Positions 1-10,536 of a DNA stretch of 64,000 nucleotides are shown here, in pieces. Source of the DNA: Promethearchaeota archaeon. Lineage in GTDB: Archaea > Asgardarchaeota > Lokiarchaeia > Sigyniarchaeales > SOKP01. The translations under genes were made by a program, and so were the position numbers. The notes beneath the pieces were generated by a model. It was not told the origin of the DNA, did no database searches, and saw nothing but the letters and a program-made list of their open reading frames with translations. The DNA lies in contig JAHPZA010000003.1 in assembly GCA_019058445.1 (NCBI GenBank), positions 580,919-644,918 on the forward strand, given 5' to 3'. Within the stretch, counting starts at the first letter, position 1. Every line of letters starts with the position of its first letter.

Positions 1-66
1 TTTATTGTGTTAGATATATAGAGACAAAAATTATTTAATGCTCTCTTATTTCATTACCTATCTTAG

Positions 67-1305
67 ATGTTTGTTGAATATTTTTTTTATCTGAAACAGA
101 GGCTCCCAGTTAGCATTATAGAGTATATGACCTTAATAGAAGCGCTTAATCAAGGTCTAATTCGAAATATGGTAGATTTTTATTATATCTCTCGATCGAT
201 TTTATGTAAGAATGAACATCATTTTGACTTATATGATATAGCATTTGTGAATTTTTTTAAAGATGCTGGGCTTAAATTTCCTGATGAGATAAAAGAAGAA
301 CTTTGGAAATGGTTAGAAAAAAATTTAACAATATTGCATCTTCCCTTTGATCTCGGAGAACTGACTCGGTACTTCGATTCAGAAGATTTAGAAAGGCAAT
401 TTAGGAAACTATTAGGAGAACAAGATCAAGAGCATAATTTTGGAGATAAATGGATTGGTACTCAAGGAACCTCGCCTTTCGGACATTCTGGCAGGAATCT
501 TGGGGGTATGAGGGTTGCAGGTGATTATAGTATACATAGTGCCATAAAAATTGCACAAAAGAGAATTTTTAAAGATTATAGAAAAGATCTAACCCTCGAT
601 ACTCGCCAAATCAAAGTAGCTTTAAAAAGGCTTAAGAGATTAGATGACATTGGGAAAAAGGATGAGTTGGATCTGGATAAAACGATTGATGAGACCTGTA
701 AGAATGGGGGAGATATCGAATTAATCCTTAAAAAAAGGAGAAAAAACAATGTAAAAATTGTACTTTTAATGGATGTTGGCGGGACGATGGACCCCTATAC
801 GCATATGGTCAATCTCTTATTCTCTGCAGCGTATAATTTATCCCATTGGAAAGATTTTAAGTACTATTACTTTCATAATTGCATCTATAATAAATTATAC
901 TTTAATGCACGGCGAAATGCAGATGAATCCATCGATTTTGAAGATTTCTTAAGGAAATTCGACAGTTCATATCGAATAATTATAGTAGGAGATCAGACAA
1001 TGCACAGGAGTGAATTGAAAGATCCTCGTGGAGCCATTTACGATGGAGCTACCAACAAAAAGCCAGGTATATATTACATCAAAAGACTAGCACGCCATTA
1101 TAAAAAAAATATTGTTTGGTTAAATCCCGAAGATTTCTCGTTTGAATGGATGACATGGACAAGATTAGTTATATCTAAAATTATTCCTACATTCGGTTTG
1201 ACAATCCAAGGGATTGAACAAGCAATGGACTTTTTGAGAAATAATGGAAAAAATATCTTTAGCTCTGTAGACATGCTTAAAGGTGTAAAATTAGCTTATT
1301 ATTAG
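67..1305 (+). CDS. CoxE-like VWA domain protein (MoxR-associated type)
   Basis: MIDAS-like LLMDVGGTM, family motifs KWIGTQGTSPFGHSG, YYYFHNCIY, VGD, VWLNP. Confidence 0.85.
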   Translation: MFVEYFFYLKQRLPVSIIEYMTLIEALNQGLIRNMVDFYYISRSILCKNEHHFDLYDIAFVNFFKDAGLKFPDEIKEELWKWLEKNLTILHLPFDLGELTRYFDSEDLERQFRKLLGEQDQEHNFGDKWIGTQGTSPFGHSGRNLGGMRVAGDYSIHSAIKIAQKRIFKDYRKDLTLDTRQIKVALKRLKRLDDIGKKDELDLDKTIDETCKNGGDIELILKKRRKNNVKIVLLMDVGGTMDPYTHMVNLLFSAAYNLSHWKDFKYYYFHNCIYNKLYFNARRNADESIDFEDFLRKFDSSYRIIIVGDQTMHRSELKDPRGAIYDGATNKKPGIYYIKRLARHYKKNIVWLNPEDFSFEWMTWTRLVISKIIPTFGLTIQGIEQAMDFLRNNGKNIFSSVDMLKGVKLAYY

Positions 1306-1412
1306 GAAGCCGTTAATTTCTTTTGAAAAATTAGAAAAAGATTATTTAATTCATTTAAATTTAATTAACATAAGAATATAATATTCTTAATTAAAAATTT
1401 TTTAGATAAAAA

Positions 1413-2837
1413 ATGTTCGTAGAATATTTTTACTACCTCAAAGATCGCTTGCCTATCAGTATTACAGAATATATGACTCTTATGGAAGCCCTCGATAAGG
1501 GAGTTATACATAACATGGTGGAATTCTACTTTGTATCAAGAAGTATTCTCTGTAAAAATGAGCACCATTTTGATATTTATGATATTGCCTTCGCAAATTT
1601 TTTCAAGGATGCTATGGTAAGCTTTCCAGAAGACATCAAACAAGAGATCTGGGATTGGCTTAATAAAGAAATGACTCTTCAAGAATTAGCGATGGGTTTA
1701 CAAATGATGATGAGTCAATATGGTCAATATATTATCGTCGAAGATCTAAAGAAATTTCTGGAAGAGCTATTGAAAAAAGAAGGAGTCAAAATGGATGGAA
1801 AGATATTAATAAGCGATCCAAGTCAAATAACAGATGAAATTTTAGAATGGCTTCAGAAAAATATGAGTCCTGAAGAATTATCCGGAAGTTTTCAACAACT
1901 TATAGATGGGAAATTTGACTTAGAACAAATGCAGAAACACTTTGAAGAGCTTTTAAAAAAACAAGACGAAGAGCATAATTTCGGGCATCATATGATAGGT
2001 ACCCAGGGAGATTCCAGGTTTGGGAATATGGGGCAAAACCCAATGGGAATGCGGGTTGGTGGTTCTTCGGGAATGCGTATGGCAATACAAATAGCTCAAA
2101 AACGAGTTTTTAAAGATTATCGTAAAGATATTGTATTGGATACGAGGCAAATTAAGGTGGCACTCAAACGACTTAAAAAACTTGAAGAAATTGGAAAAAA
2201 GGACGAGTTAAATATCGATAAAACCATCGACCACACTGCAAAAAACGGTGGAGATATTGATATCATCTTCGATAAACGGCGAAAAAATGATGTAAAACTC
2301 TTACTATTAATGGATGTTGGAGGGAGTATGACTCCTTATGCGCATTTAGTCAACCTTTTATTTTCGGCCGCGAATAATATGTCTCACTGGAAAGACTTTA
2401 AACCATACTACTTTCATAATTGCATCTATGAAAAGTTATTTTTCAACGCACAACGCAATCCAGATGAATCAATTGATTTTGAGGATTTTTTAAAGAAATA
2501 TGATAACAAATATAAGGTAGTTATGGTAGGAGATGCCGCAATGGCCAGCTATGAGCTTACCGAGCGGTATGGATCAATTTATTATTATCATAGAAATGAA
2601 ATGCCTGGAATCCATTATATCAGAGAGCTTGCATACCACTTTAAAGACAATATTGTCTGGTTAAACCCTGAGCTTATAAGAGATGAGTGGCAACCTTGGA
2701 CCAGAAAAATTATATCCAGCGTGATTCCGATGTTCAATTTAACCATCGAGGGGATTGAGGAGGCAATGGATTTTCTGAGAAAAGGTGGAAAAAATATGTT
2801 TACATCTGTCCAAAAACTTAAAGGATTTACATATTAA
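1413..2837 (+). CDS. CoxE-like VWA domain protein, tandem paralog with internal duplication
   Basis: Close paralog of 67..1305; LLMDVGGSM MIDAS; about 60 extra residues in the N-terminal helical region. Confidence 0.85.
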   Translation: MFVEYFYYLKDRLPISITEYMTLMEALDKGVIHNMVEFYFVSRSILCKNEHHFDIYDIAFANFFKDAMVSFPEDIKQEIWDWLNKEMTLQELAMGLQMMMSQYGQYIIVEDLKKFLEELLKKEGVKMDGKILISDPSQITDEILEWLQKNMSPEELSGSFQQLIDGKFDLEQMQKHFEELLKKQDEEHNFGHHMIGTQGDSRFGNMGQNPMGMRVGGSSGMRMAIQIAQKRVFKDYRKDIVLDTRQIKVALKRLKKLEEIGKKDELNIDKTIDHTAKNGGDIDIIFDKRRKNDVKLLLLMDVGGSMTPYAHLVNLLFSAANNMSHWKDFKPYYFHNCIYEKLFFNAQRNPDESIDFEDFLKKYDNKYKVVMVGDAAMASYELTERYGSIYYYHRNEMPGIHYIRELAYHFKDNIVWLNPELIRDEWQPWTRKIISSVIPMFNLTIEGIEEAMDFLRKGGKNMFTSVQKLKGFTY

Positions 2838-2982
2838 AAAAACATAATAAAATCTTAATTCATATTTCATTAAGTTTTATCTTTTGTCTCAATTTCTTAG
2901 CTCATCTTTTCTAATTGTAAAGAATTAAAAGAGATTAAACGTTTGGAAAATATATTATTACAATAATTCAAAATAACCGGCC

Positions 2983-3663
2983 ATGAAGTATGAAGCGATA
3001 ATCTTTGATCTTTTCGGCACTTTAGTTGATAATCCTACATTTCAAGAATATCATCAATTATTATCTCAAATGGCTTCCATTCTTTCGATATCATCTAAAG
3101 ATTTTTCTCGTCTTTGGCTCGATACTGCTAAAGAGAGATCCACTGGGATTTTTAAAACAATTGAGGAAAATATAAGATATATTTGTAATGAACTCCAAGT
3201 CAATGTGAAAGAAGATCAAATAAATAAAATCCTAGAATTAAGACTAAATCTTATTCGAGAAGATTTAGCGCCTAAATCTGATACGATAGATACATTATCC
3301 GAACTAAAGAAACGAGGTTTCAAAATAGGGCTCATTAGTAATTGTTCTTCAGATATTCCAATTCTTTGGAATAGCACTCAATTCGTCAAATTTATAGATG
3401 TAGCTATATTATCATGTTCTGTAGGTTTGAAAAAACCAGATCCTAAAATCTATAAAATCACCTGCAAGAGATTAAATGTTTTGCCTCAAAATTGTTTATA
3501 TATTGGTGATGGAGACAGCAATGAATTAGCAGGCGCATCTCAAGTAGGAATGGATGCTATTTTGATTCGGGACCCATCTCAAAAAGATCCTTATTATATT
3601 GACAAGGAAGAATGGAATGGTCAAAAAATATCAGCTTTGAATGAGGTTTTTAAATTTTTATGA
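2983..3663 (+). CDS. HAD-superfamily hydrolase
   Basis: FDLFGTL motif I, ISN, KKPDPKIY, YIGDGDSNE. Confidence 0.9.
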   Translation: MKYEAIIFDLFGTLVDNPTFQEYHQLLSQMASILSISSKDFSRLWLDTAKERSTGIFKTIEENIRYICNELQVNVKEDQINKILELRLNLIREDLAPKSDTIDTLSELKKRGFKIGLISNCSSDIPILWNSTQFVKFIDVAILSCSVGLKKPDPKIYKITCKRLNVLPQNCLYIGDGDSNELAGASQVGMDAILIRDPSQKDPYYIDKEEWNGQKISALNEVFKFL

Positions 3664-3680
3664 GATATGAATGAGAAAAT

Positions 3681-5210
3681 CTATCTCTCCTTAGCTTTAA
3701 TTTCTACTCCATCCACAACAGTAACACTGGTTGTTGAGATTCCTTCTTCTTTCATATAATAGTCTAAAGTTCTTTTATCAACTTCTTTCATATAATTTTT
3801 CAATTTTCCATCTATGTCAGGCGATATTTTAAATTCATTAAAGTTTTCAAGAATATCATTAACCTGTTCTGTCGCTGTTGCTATCATATCTTTTGCTCCC
3901 TTTTTGAACCATGTAGTTCTACGATTTCGATCGACAAGCTTAGGAATAAATAACTCGTTTTTCATGAAGTTTCTTGTATGTTTTTCCCCTAAGAAACTTA
4001 CCCCTTTCTGAGTGCTCGTTGCTACTTTTCTAATGACATCCAATCCAATTGTATCTTCATTTACTTCAATTCCTTCAAATGCTCTTTTAACCATTCCTGC
4101 TAATTCATTATCAATTGCCGTGAGTTCTAATGCTCCTGCAAGAGTTGCCTCGTATGTTCCAGCACATGTGATAAAATTAATACCCGCTTGTGCTGCGAAC
4201 ATCAGTGTCAGAAATCGTTCAAATCCATTTTGAATATCGAAACATTTTGAATCAGTTACTCCCGCTACAGCTCTCGAGGGGATATTATAAAATTTGGATA
4301 ATTGTGCGATGCCAGTAGTAATTAACCCTGTTTCAATCGCTCCTATCGCAAAATTTCCAGAGCGCATATCAGTCATATGAGAAACAGAACCATAAAAGAC
4401 TGGTGATTTAGGATTATAAATTTGAGCAAGTATTATTCCTGCGAGAATTTCGGCATTAGTTTGTGTTAATAAGCCGGCTAAGGTAATAGGTGCAGAGGTA
4501 CCTCCTAAAGCTTCTGGTGCAATGACAACAGGCTGTTTATACTTACCAAATACTTTTAGACCATTTGTCATTATTTTTGGTAATTGTAATGGACTTGTAG
4601 GGTTGAAAATTCCAAATAATCGTGGTCGTTTAATCAGCTCATTTTCCCCTCCAGCAATGATTGACGCCATTTTAATAGAATCTTGACTGACTAACTTGCC
4701 AAAAACTCCATGTCCATAAGGCTTGTGTAAATTCTTCATCCAATGATATAAACATACTACATGTAAAGTGGTATATTTCACATCACTTGGCCAATAATCA
4801 ATTTGAGAAGCAAATAAGTGTTCAGAGCTGTCTACCACTCGCATTTGATTTATAGTGTCTTGTAGAATGGATTTCCTTACCCCTTTTTTCCGAGAGGGGT
4901 CATACATTTTTACAGGAGCACCAATCGGAAGAAAGTAAATATTTTGAATATTAACTTCAATATTATATTTCCCATCTGGTCCGTGTAATTTAAAGGAATT
5001 TGGAACTAATTTTAACTTTTCTTTGACTATTGATTCTGGAAATTTCACAAAATCCGAACTTTGTTCGCTCATTGCCCCATTTTTCTCGAGTAATTTTCTT
5101 GTTTCCTCGCAATCTATTTTAATTCCAACCGTTTCTAGTAGTTTCAATGTGGCAGAATGGATATCTTTTATTTCATCTTTTGAGAGCACTTTAGTTTGAT
5201 TTAGTTTCAT
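3681..5210 (-). CDS. Trimethylamine methyltransferase (MttB) superfamily, non-pyrrolysine type
   Basis: NPTSPL, SAPITLAG, NAEILAG, DMRSG, TDSK..D.Q.G.E; Val rather than an amber codon at the Pyl-equivalent site (AGVTDSK). Confidence 0.9.
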   Translation of the reverse strand: MKLNQTKVLSKDEIKDIHSATLKLLETVGIKIDCEETRKLLEKNGAMSEQSSDFVKFPESIVKEKLKLVPNSFKLHGPDGKYNIEVNIQNIYFLPIGAPVKMYDPSRKKGVRKSILQDTINQMRVVDSSEHLFASQIDYWPSDVKYTTLHVVCLYHWMKNLHKPYGHGVFGKLVSQDSIKMASIIAGGENELIKRPRLFGIFNPTSPLQLPKIMTNGLKVFGKYKQPVVIAPEALGGTSAPITLAGLLTQTNAEILAGIILAQIYNPKSPVFYGSVSHMTDMRSGNFAIGAIETGLITTGIAQLSKFYNIPSRAVAGVTDSKCFDIQNGFERFLTLMFAAQAGINFITCAGTYEATLAGALELTAIDNELAGMVKRAFEGIEVNEDTIGLDVIRKVATSTQKGVSFLGEKHTRNFMKNELFIPKLVDRNRRTTWFKKGAKDMIATATEQVNDILENFNEFKISPDIDGKLKNYMKEVDKRTLDYYMKEEGISTTSVTVVDGVEIKAKER

Positions 5211-5352
5211 AATTGAACCATTTCATAAAATTTGACTAACTTTGAGAATAAGATAATTTATAATTAATTATATAAATAATGAAAAGAAAAAAACAATTAT
5301 AAGTTCTAATATAAATCGAAACTCAAATTAAATAATAAAATATGAAAGAAAA

Positions 5353-7032
5353 ATGAAAGACTATTCAGAATGGGAACCCATTATAGATTATGAAAATGAC
5401 TCTCCGTGGGTGGATCCAAATCGACCGTGGTTAAAAGCTCGGCCACCTACTGTACCTAAAACAGTAAAATTTGACCCAATACCAGTTCATGAATTCATAC
5501 GACAATCTGCTCTCCAATTTCCTAATAATGTGTGTGTATACCATAAACCAACTGATAAAAAATATACATACAGAGAATTGATTCATTATGCTGATAGAAT
5601 TGCTCATGCTTTACATGATTCAGGAGTTGGAAAAGGTGATGCCGTAGGTATCATGTCGGGAAATTGTCCTGAATTTTTATTTTGTGTTTTGGGAATTTTA
5701 GAAACAGGAGCCTCGGTAGTACCAATTAATCCGCTACTCAAGGAGACGGACGTAACTCATATTGTTAAAGAGTCTGGAAATATCAAGGCCATATTTGTTA
5801 CAAGGGCTAATTTTCGAACTATCAAAAAAACCAGAAAGCAAGTTGAAGTTCCGGAGGTAATAATAATTGCAGATGAGGAGGGCAAGGAAGGTGCTGTCAC
5901 ACTTACAGAGTTTATAAATGATTTTGCTCCTAAGAAGCCTGATGTAGATATTGATCCTGATAACGATATTGCGGCATTATTATTCACAGGCGGTACCACA
6001 GGTTTACCCAAAGGTGTGATGTTATCCCACACCAATTTAGTAGCAGATGCTCTTGTAACCATTTATCAAACAGAGGAACCACTGGAAGAACTAGAAGCAA
6101 CTGCCGGAACAGGTGTAAATTTATCAATATTGCCATTATGCCACACATTTGGATTTACTGTAGTGATTATCGCAATGCGAGCAGCTATGATGCTCGTGAT
6201 GTTCGCTTCTTTTGATCCCGCGGAAGTTCTTGAAGCTATTGAATATTATAAAATTGAATTATTTGTGGGCGTACCTGTAATGTTTCAAATGGTTATTAAC
6301 TGCCCTGACTTTACGGAACGGGATCTCTCTAGTCTTGAGAGAGCTGCCTCTGGATCGGCGGCATTGGCACCTGAACTCGCGAGAAAATGGGAGGAAGTGG
6401 TAGGAACAAAAGTTGGTCAAGGATATGGACTCACCGAAACCTCACCCATTACACATGGAGCTGTACTCTGGATGGATATCATTGCAGAGAGTATAGGAAT
6501 TCCTTATATCGATACGGATGCGAAAATTGTTAATCCAGATACCTTAGAAGAGCTTCCACCTAATGAAGTGGGAGAGTTATTAATCCACGGACCCCAAGTA
6601 ATGAAGGGTTATTGGAAGCATCCTGAGGCAACAGAAAAAACAATTGTTAACGATTGGTTAAGAACAGGAGATTTAGCAAGAATGGACGAAAAAGGATATT
6701 TTTATATCGAGGGACGTACTAAGGATATGGTAAAGTATAAGGGCTATAAAGTAATGCCACGAGAAGTTGAAGAAAAACTAATGGAACATCCAGCAATTCT
6801 AGAAGCAGGTGTGGCCGGTATTCCCGATCCTAACATTGGCGAAACTATTAAGGCATGGATAGTTCTGAAACCTGAATATAGAGATAAAGGAATTACCGAG
6901 AAAGAGATTATAGAATGGTCTAAAGAACGACTAGCAGGATATAAATATCCGCGTCATATAGAGTTCATAAAGGCATTACCACGAACAGCAGTAGGAAAAA
7001 TATTTCGCAGGAAACTTCGGGAAATGGAATAA
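5353..7032 (+). CDS. Long-chain acyl-CoA ligase (AMP-forming)
   Basis: FTGGTTGLPKG, GYGLTE, WLRTGD, LPRTAVGK. Confidence 0.92.
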   Translation: MKDYSEWEPIIDYENDSPWVDPNRPWLKARPPTVPKTVKFDPIPVHEFIRQSALQFPNNVCVYHKPTDKKYTYRELIHYADRIAHALHDSGVGKGDAVGIMSGNCPEFLFCVLGILETGASVVPINPLLKETDVTHIVKESGNIKAIFVTRANFRTIKKTRKQVEVPEVIIIADEEGKEGAVTLTEFINDFAPKKPDVDIDPDNDIAALLFTGGTTGLPKGVMLSHTNLVADALVTIYQTEEPLEELEATAGTGVNLSILPLCHTFGFTVVIIAMRAAMMLVMFASFDPAEVLEAIEYYKIELFVGVPVMFQMVINCPDFTERDLSSLERAASGSAALAPELARKWEEVVGTKVGQGYGLTETSPITHGAVLWMDIIAESIGIPYIDTDAKIVNPDTLEELPPNEVGELLIHGPQVMKGYWKHPEATEKTIVNDWLRTGDLARMDEKGYFYIEGRTKDMVKYKGYKVMPREVEEKLMEHPAILEAGVAGIPDPNIGETIKAWIVLKPEYRDKGITEKEIIEWSKERLAGYKYPRHIEFIKALPRTAVGKIFRRKLREME

Positions 7033-7059
7033 ATAACTCTAAAAGTTTTACATAATTTC

Positions 7060-7079
7060 AATTTTTTTAATTTTTTTTT
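7060..7079. terminator. Oligo-T terminator tract between convergent genes
   Basis: T7 and T9 runs shortly after the stop at 7032. Confidence 0.5.
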
Positions 7080-7122
7080 ATGTTAGCTGAAAAGTACCAA
7101 TAATTAAGATTTAGTTATTTAA

Positions 7123-8799
7123 TTAGGAAATTTGTGTTAGGTAATTATCATCTATAGATATTTTCAATGATTCATAGAAGATAGAGCCATATTTCTGATA
7201 AAAATCTCTCTTACTCTTCATGATAAAATCTTTATTCTTAACTTCTACGTTTCCCTTTGACCAAAATATTTTACCTTGATGATTTAAATTGATTTTATCA
7301 TTCTGTTTAATGATTTCTCCAGATTTTATTACATATTCTATATTGGATAATGAATTTCTAAAAGTTTCATGATCTTTAGAAATATCAATTTCATTAATAC
7401 TGAGATCTAAAATATTGAGATCTGCATCTGCCCCTTCGCAGAGAGATCCTTTAATATTTCCTAATCCTAATGATTTTGCTGGACTTGCACGAGTTAAAAT
7501 GATATATTCGTTAAAAGTCAATGTTTTATCGTTTTCCTGTAAAACACTGTTAGTTAGGAAATCCTTATTCATTCCATCCATAAATTTGTCTCTCGCATCT
7601 TTGCTTACTAGCCATGTGGCAATCTCTGGTACATTGTGGATATTAGCATAGTTAGGATAATTCACAGAGAATTGTAATTGCCATTTATTCTCTACGTTAA
7701 GCGCTATGTCAATCCCATTTGCCCATAGAATGCAATCTTGAATATTTTTTTTATCAAATTTTCTTAATATTGCAAAAACATCGCCCTCAAATTCTACTGC
7801 TGAGCTAATAAGAGTTTTCTCATTCTCACTTCCATTGCCTTTCAATATAGATTTAATTAATCTTCGATCTGATGTAATGCAAGGATTTATTTTATCAAAT
7901 CCTACAAATCCTAAGTCAACATCAATAGTCTTATTTTCATTTAAATTATTAATCAATTCACTGTTATTCCCATCTATATTATAAGCACATGCATGAGCCA
8001 TATGAAAGATTTGTGAGCGCTGTAATTCAGGATCTAAATGGGAGTTAGGTTCCAAGCTTAATGATTTTACCTTATCTATTATTGTAAACAAATTATTTTT
8101 TGCTTTAATTTGTTCATACCCTTCTATATGAGCATGTACAGAATGAGGCATTCCCAATTGTTCATTAGCTTTTGTTAAATTTTCATATACATCCAAAGCA
8201 GAAAAATTATATAATCTCCCCTTAGCCGATACATCTTTTCTTAGGGTTTTAAAATTCCAGCTCTCAGATTCGAAAGGATTATATACTTTAAATCCGAATC
8301 CTTTGGTCATTAATAGTAGATCTGATAAAAACACCGCAAGATTATCTATCTTTCCTTTTTGATATTCTAATTCTAATGGCCAGAGGTTACTTACATTCAA
8401 TAACATAGCTTTATCTAAAACGGGTAAACTCTTAAAATTAAAGATAGTGTACCTTGCTAAAGAGGGAAAGACGTTCGCTTCAAGAATGAATGTATAACCG
8501 TTAGCGATATAAGATCTGGCAATGTAATCCAATGTTAAGCCATTCCATATTTCTTTAAATTCAGTGTTATTCGCTCCAATTAGCCGAGCCCAGTTAACTT
8601 GTTGCGAAGCAAAATGGCCATGAATATCTAAAGCACCGGGTATAACAGTTTTATTATTCGCATCAATTATTTTAATATTGTTCTGATTTGAAAATTTTTC
8701 TACGATTTTTCCATCTTGAATAAGGATATCCTTTATTTCTCCCTCAATTTTCCCTAAGGGATCAAATATTAATCCATTTTTAATCAATGTTTTTGGCAT
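7123..8799 (-). CDS. fwdA: Formylmethanofuran dehydrogenase subunit A-like amidohydrolase (divergent)
   Basis: DIHGH, YIANGYT, GFKVYNP, PHSVHAH, TRASPAKSLGL..KGSL..GADAD; operonic with fwdD/B-like genes. Confidence 0.8.
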   Translation of the reverse strand: MPKTLIKNGLIFDPLGKIEGEIKDILIQDGKIVEKFSNQNNIKIIDANNKTVIPGALDIHGHFASQQVNWARLIGANNTEFKEIWNGLTLDYIARSYIANGYTFILEANVFPSLARYTIFNFKSLPVLDKAMLLNVSNLWPLELEYQKGKIDNLAVFLSDLLLMTKGFGFKVYNPFESESWNFKTLRKDVSAKGRLYNFSALDVYENLTKANEQLGMPHSVHAHIEGYEQIKAKNNLFTIIDKVKSLSLEPNSHLDPELQRSQIFHMAHACAYNIDGNNSELINNLNENKTIDVDLGFVGFDKINPCITSDRRLIKSILKGNGSENEKTLISSAVEFEGDVFAILRKFDKKNIQDCILWANGIDIALNVENKWQLQFSVNYPNYANIHNVPEIATWLVSKDARDKFMDGMNKDFLTNSVLQENDKTLTFNEYIILTRASPAKSLGLGNIKGSLCEGADADLNILDLSINEIDISKDHETFRNSLSNIEYVIKSGEIIKQNDKINLNHQGKIFWSKGNVEVKNKDFIMKSKRDFYQKYGSIFYESLKISIDDNYLTQIS

Positions 8800-8810
8800 A
8801 GTTTCAGCAC

Positions 8811-9191
8811 CTATTTTTCTTTACTTTTAATAGATTTTAAGATTTGATTAAAGCTAGTTATAGGATCTCTTGTTGCTTCTACATTTACAACTATATTCTT
8901 ATATTTAATGTCATTAGATTCACAGCTAGTAAGTTGATTAGCCCAAATTGAGATAGGCATGAGAATGGTCCCTTGAGGTATATTTTCATCTTTCTCAACT
9001 CGTAAAATGACATCTCCATTGTTATTGGTCACTTTTATATGTAAACTTGAAGTTAAATTCAATTTATCAAAATCTTTCGGATTAAGCATTCCGATTGGAA
9101 TATTTTCTTCCAAGGATTTTTCATCTCCAAACGCAAGCTCACGAGCTTGGTCATGATCAAACATTCTCATAGTATTTAATATCATATCCAT
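8811..9191 (-). CDS. fwdD: FwdD-like molybdopterin dinucleotide-binding subunit (divergent)
   Basis: 126 aa, LNPKD..KL, VTNNNGDV, GTILMPISIWAN; lies between the A- and B-like genes. Confidence 0.78.
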   Translation of the reverse strand: MDMILNTMRMFDHDQARELAFGDEKSLEENIPIGMLNPKDFDKLNLTSSLHIKVTNNNGDVILRVEKDENIPQGTILMPISIWANQLTSCESNDIKYKNIVVNVEATRDPITSFNQILKSIKSKEK

Positions 9192-9194
9192 TAT

Positions 9195-10505
9195 TCAATC
9201 ACCACCTCCACCTGGATTTATTTTATTAATGATTTTTATTAATAATTCCTCATCAGAAGGTATATTACTTGGAGGATTAAGAATTGTCTTGAGTTCAATC
9301 GGAACTTGATCTAGCCTAATTGCAGTTCCTGAAGTTTCAATTCCCGTAATTGCCGTTGGTAATACTATATCGGCAAGGTACGTAGTGGCAGATTTTTTAT
9401 TATCTATCACAATGATTGGTTTTTTTGCTAGTTTCTGACTCAAATTGCGAGGTAGATGAGAGATAGGATCGGTACCAACGATAATTGAACAGTCAAAATC
9501 TTCGCTATCAATTTTTGAGACGATATTTTGCTCAGAATTAACAAGCTGATGATTCTTAAACTGTAGCCCACCGATTTTACCACATATTGATAAGGATACG
9601 TGATCAAATCCCGCCATATTAAAATGGCCTCCCATCATTATTAAAGAGACTCGTCCTTTTTCTTGTTTGCTATTTATCATTTGTATTAATTCCAACAATT
9701 CGCGAATGATGTTCGACTCAGTTTGAGGTCGTAAAAGACCTTGTCCTAGAATTATAACCCCATTTTCAGCTTCGGATAAGTGTAATAATATTCTTTTTAG
9801 ATCGTCTCTATCGAGACCCGCAACTCCCTCTGAGGAGATGGTATTAGCAACACAACATTCTTCTTTTAATACTCGAATCAATTCCAAGTCCTTATTAGGC
9901 TGGATTTGTAAGGCCAAATCTCGGACACCCATTACATTAAAAGAGGCGGTCTTAACAGGATCGATTATAATAAGGGTTCTGATCTCACGTCCAGTCATTC
10001 GAAATTTACCTCTTGAAAAAAGAATTTTATTTAACAAACGAGGGATTGATTCTGCTGCATTGGCACCCCATAAAACTATTAAATCAGCTTTATTAATGAT
10101 CTCAGTATTAGTTGTTAAGGTTAGTCCCGTGCTTTGAGCAATGTTTAATACTTTTCCTTGACATATTGAGGAATTTGAATCAATAAAGCCATCAATTGCT
10201 TTTGCTAATTCGATTCCTTTTAATTGAGCTTCACAAGTCACATTAGAGAATCCATATAGTAGGGGTTTGGAGGAATTCTTAATGACTTCTACCGTTTTTT
10301 CTAATGCATCCTCCCAAGAGCATTTTTCTAAAACTTCATTTTTTTTTATCAGAGGATTTAAAATTCGATTGTTTGAGGTAAGTTGATCAAATCGTTCTTT
10401 ACCTTTTAAACAAGCTCCTAAAACCTCATCTATAAATAATCCATCACTTCTTACAATAATATCATCACAAAGTAAAGAACATCCCGCACAAGGAACTCTC
10501 TTCAT
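9195..10505 (-). CDS. fwdB: FwdB-like subunit (divergent)
   Basis: CAGCSLLCDD...C 4Fe-4S motif, PLLYG, ADLIVLWG.N, GHFN, GTDP, GIETSGTA.RLD.VP. Confidence 0.82.
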   Translation of the reverse strand: MKRVPCAGCSLLCDDIIVRSDGLFIDEVLGACLKGKERFDQLTSNNRILNPLIKKNEVLEKCSWEDALEKTVEVIKNSSKPLLYGFSNVTCEAQLKGIELAKAIDGFIDSNSSICQGKVLNIAQSTGLTLTTNTEIINKADLIVLWGANAAESIPRLLNKILFSRGKFRMTGREIRTLIIIDPVKTASFNVMGVRDLALQIQPNKDLELIRVLKEECCVANTISSEGVAGLDRDDLKRILLHLSEAENGVIILGQGLLRPQTESNIIRELLELIQMINSKQEKGRVSLIMMGGHFNMAGFDHVSLSICGKIGGLQFKNHQLVNSEQNIVSKIDSEDFDCSIIVGTDPISHLPRNLSQKLAKKPIIVIDNKKSATTYLADIVLPTAITGIETSGTAIRLDQVPIELKTILNPPSNIPSDEELLIKIINKINPGGGGD

Positions 10506-10536
10506 TATTATATCTCCAAAAATTATTATTAAATTT

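Noticed and set aside
3681-5210. Possible pyrrolysine readthrough
   Set aside because: The ORF is uninterrupted and has no amber codon.
9195-10505. Possible selenocysteine in the FwdB-like subunit
   Set aside because: The ligand position is Cys (SICQG), there is no in-frame TGA, and I saw no convincing SECIS.
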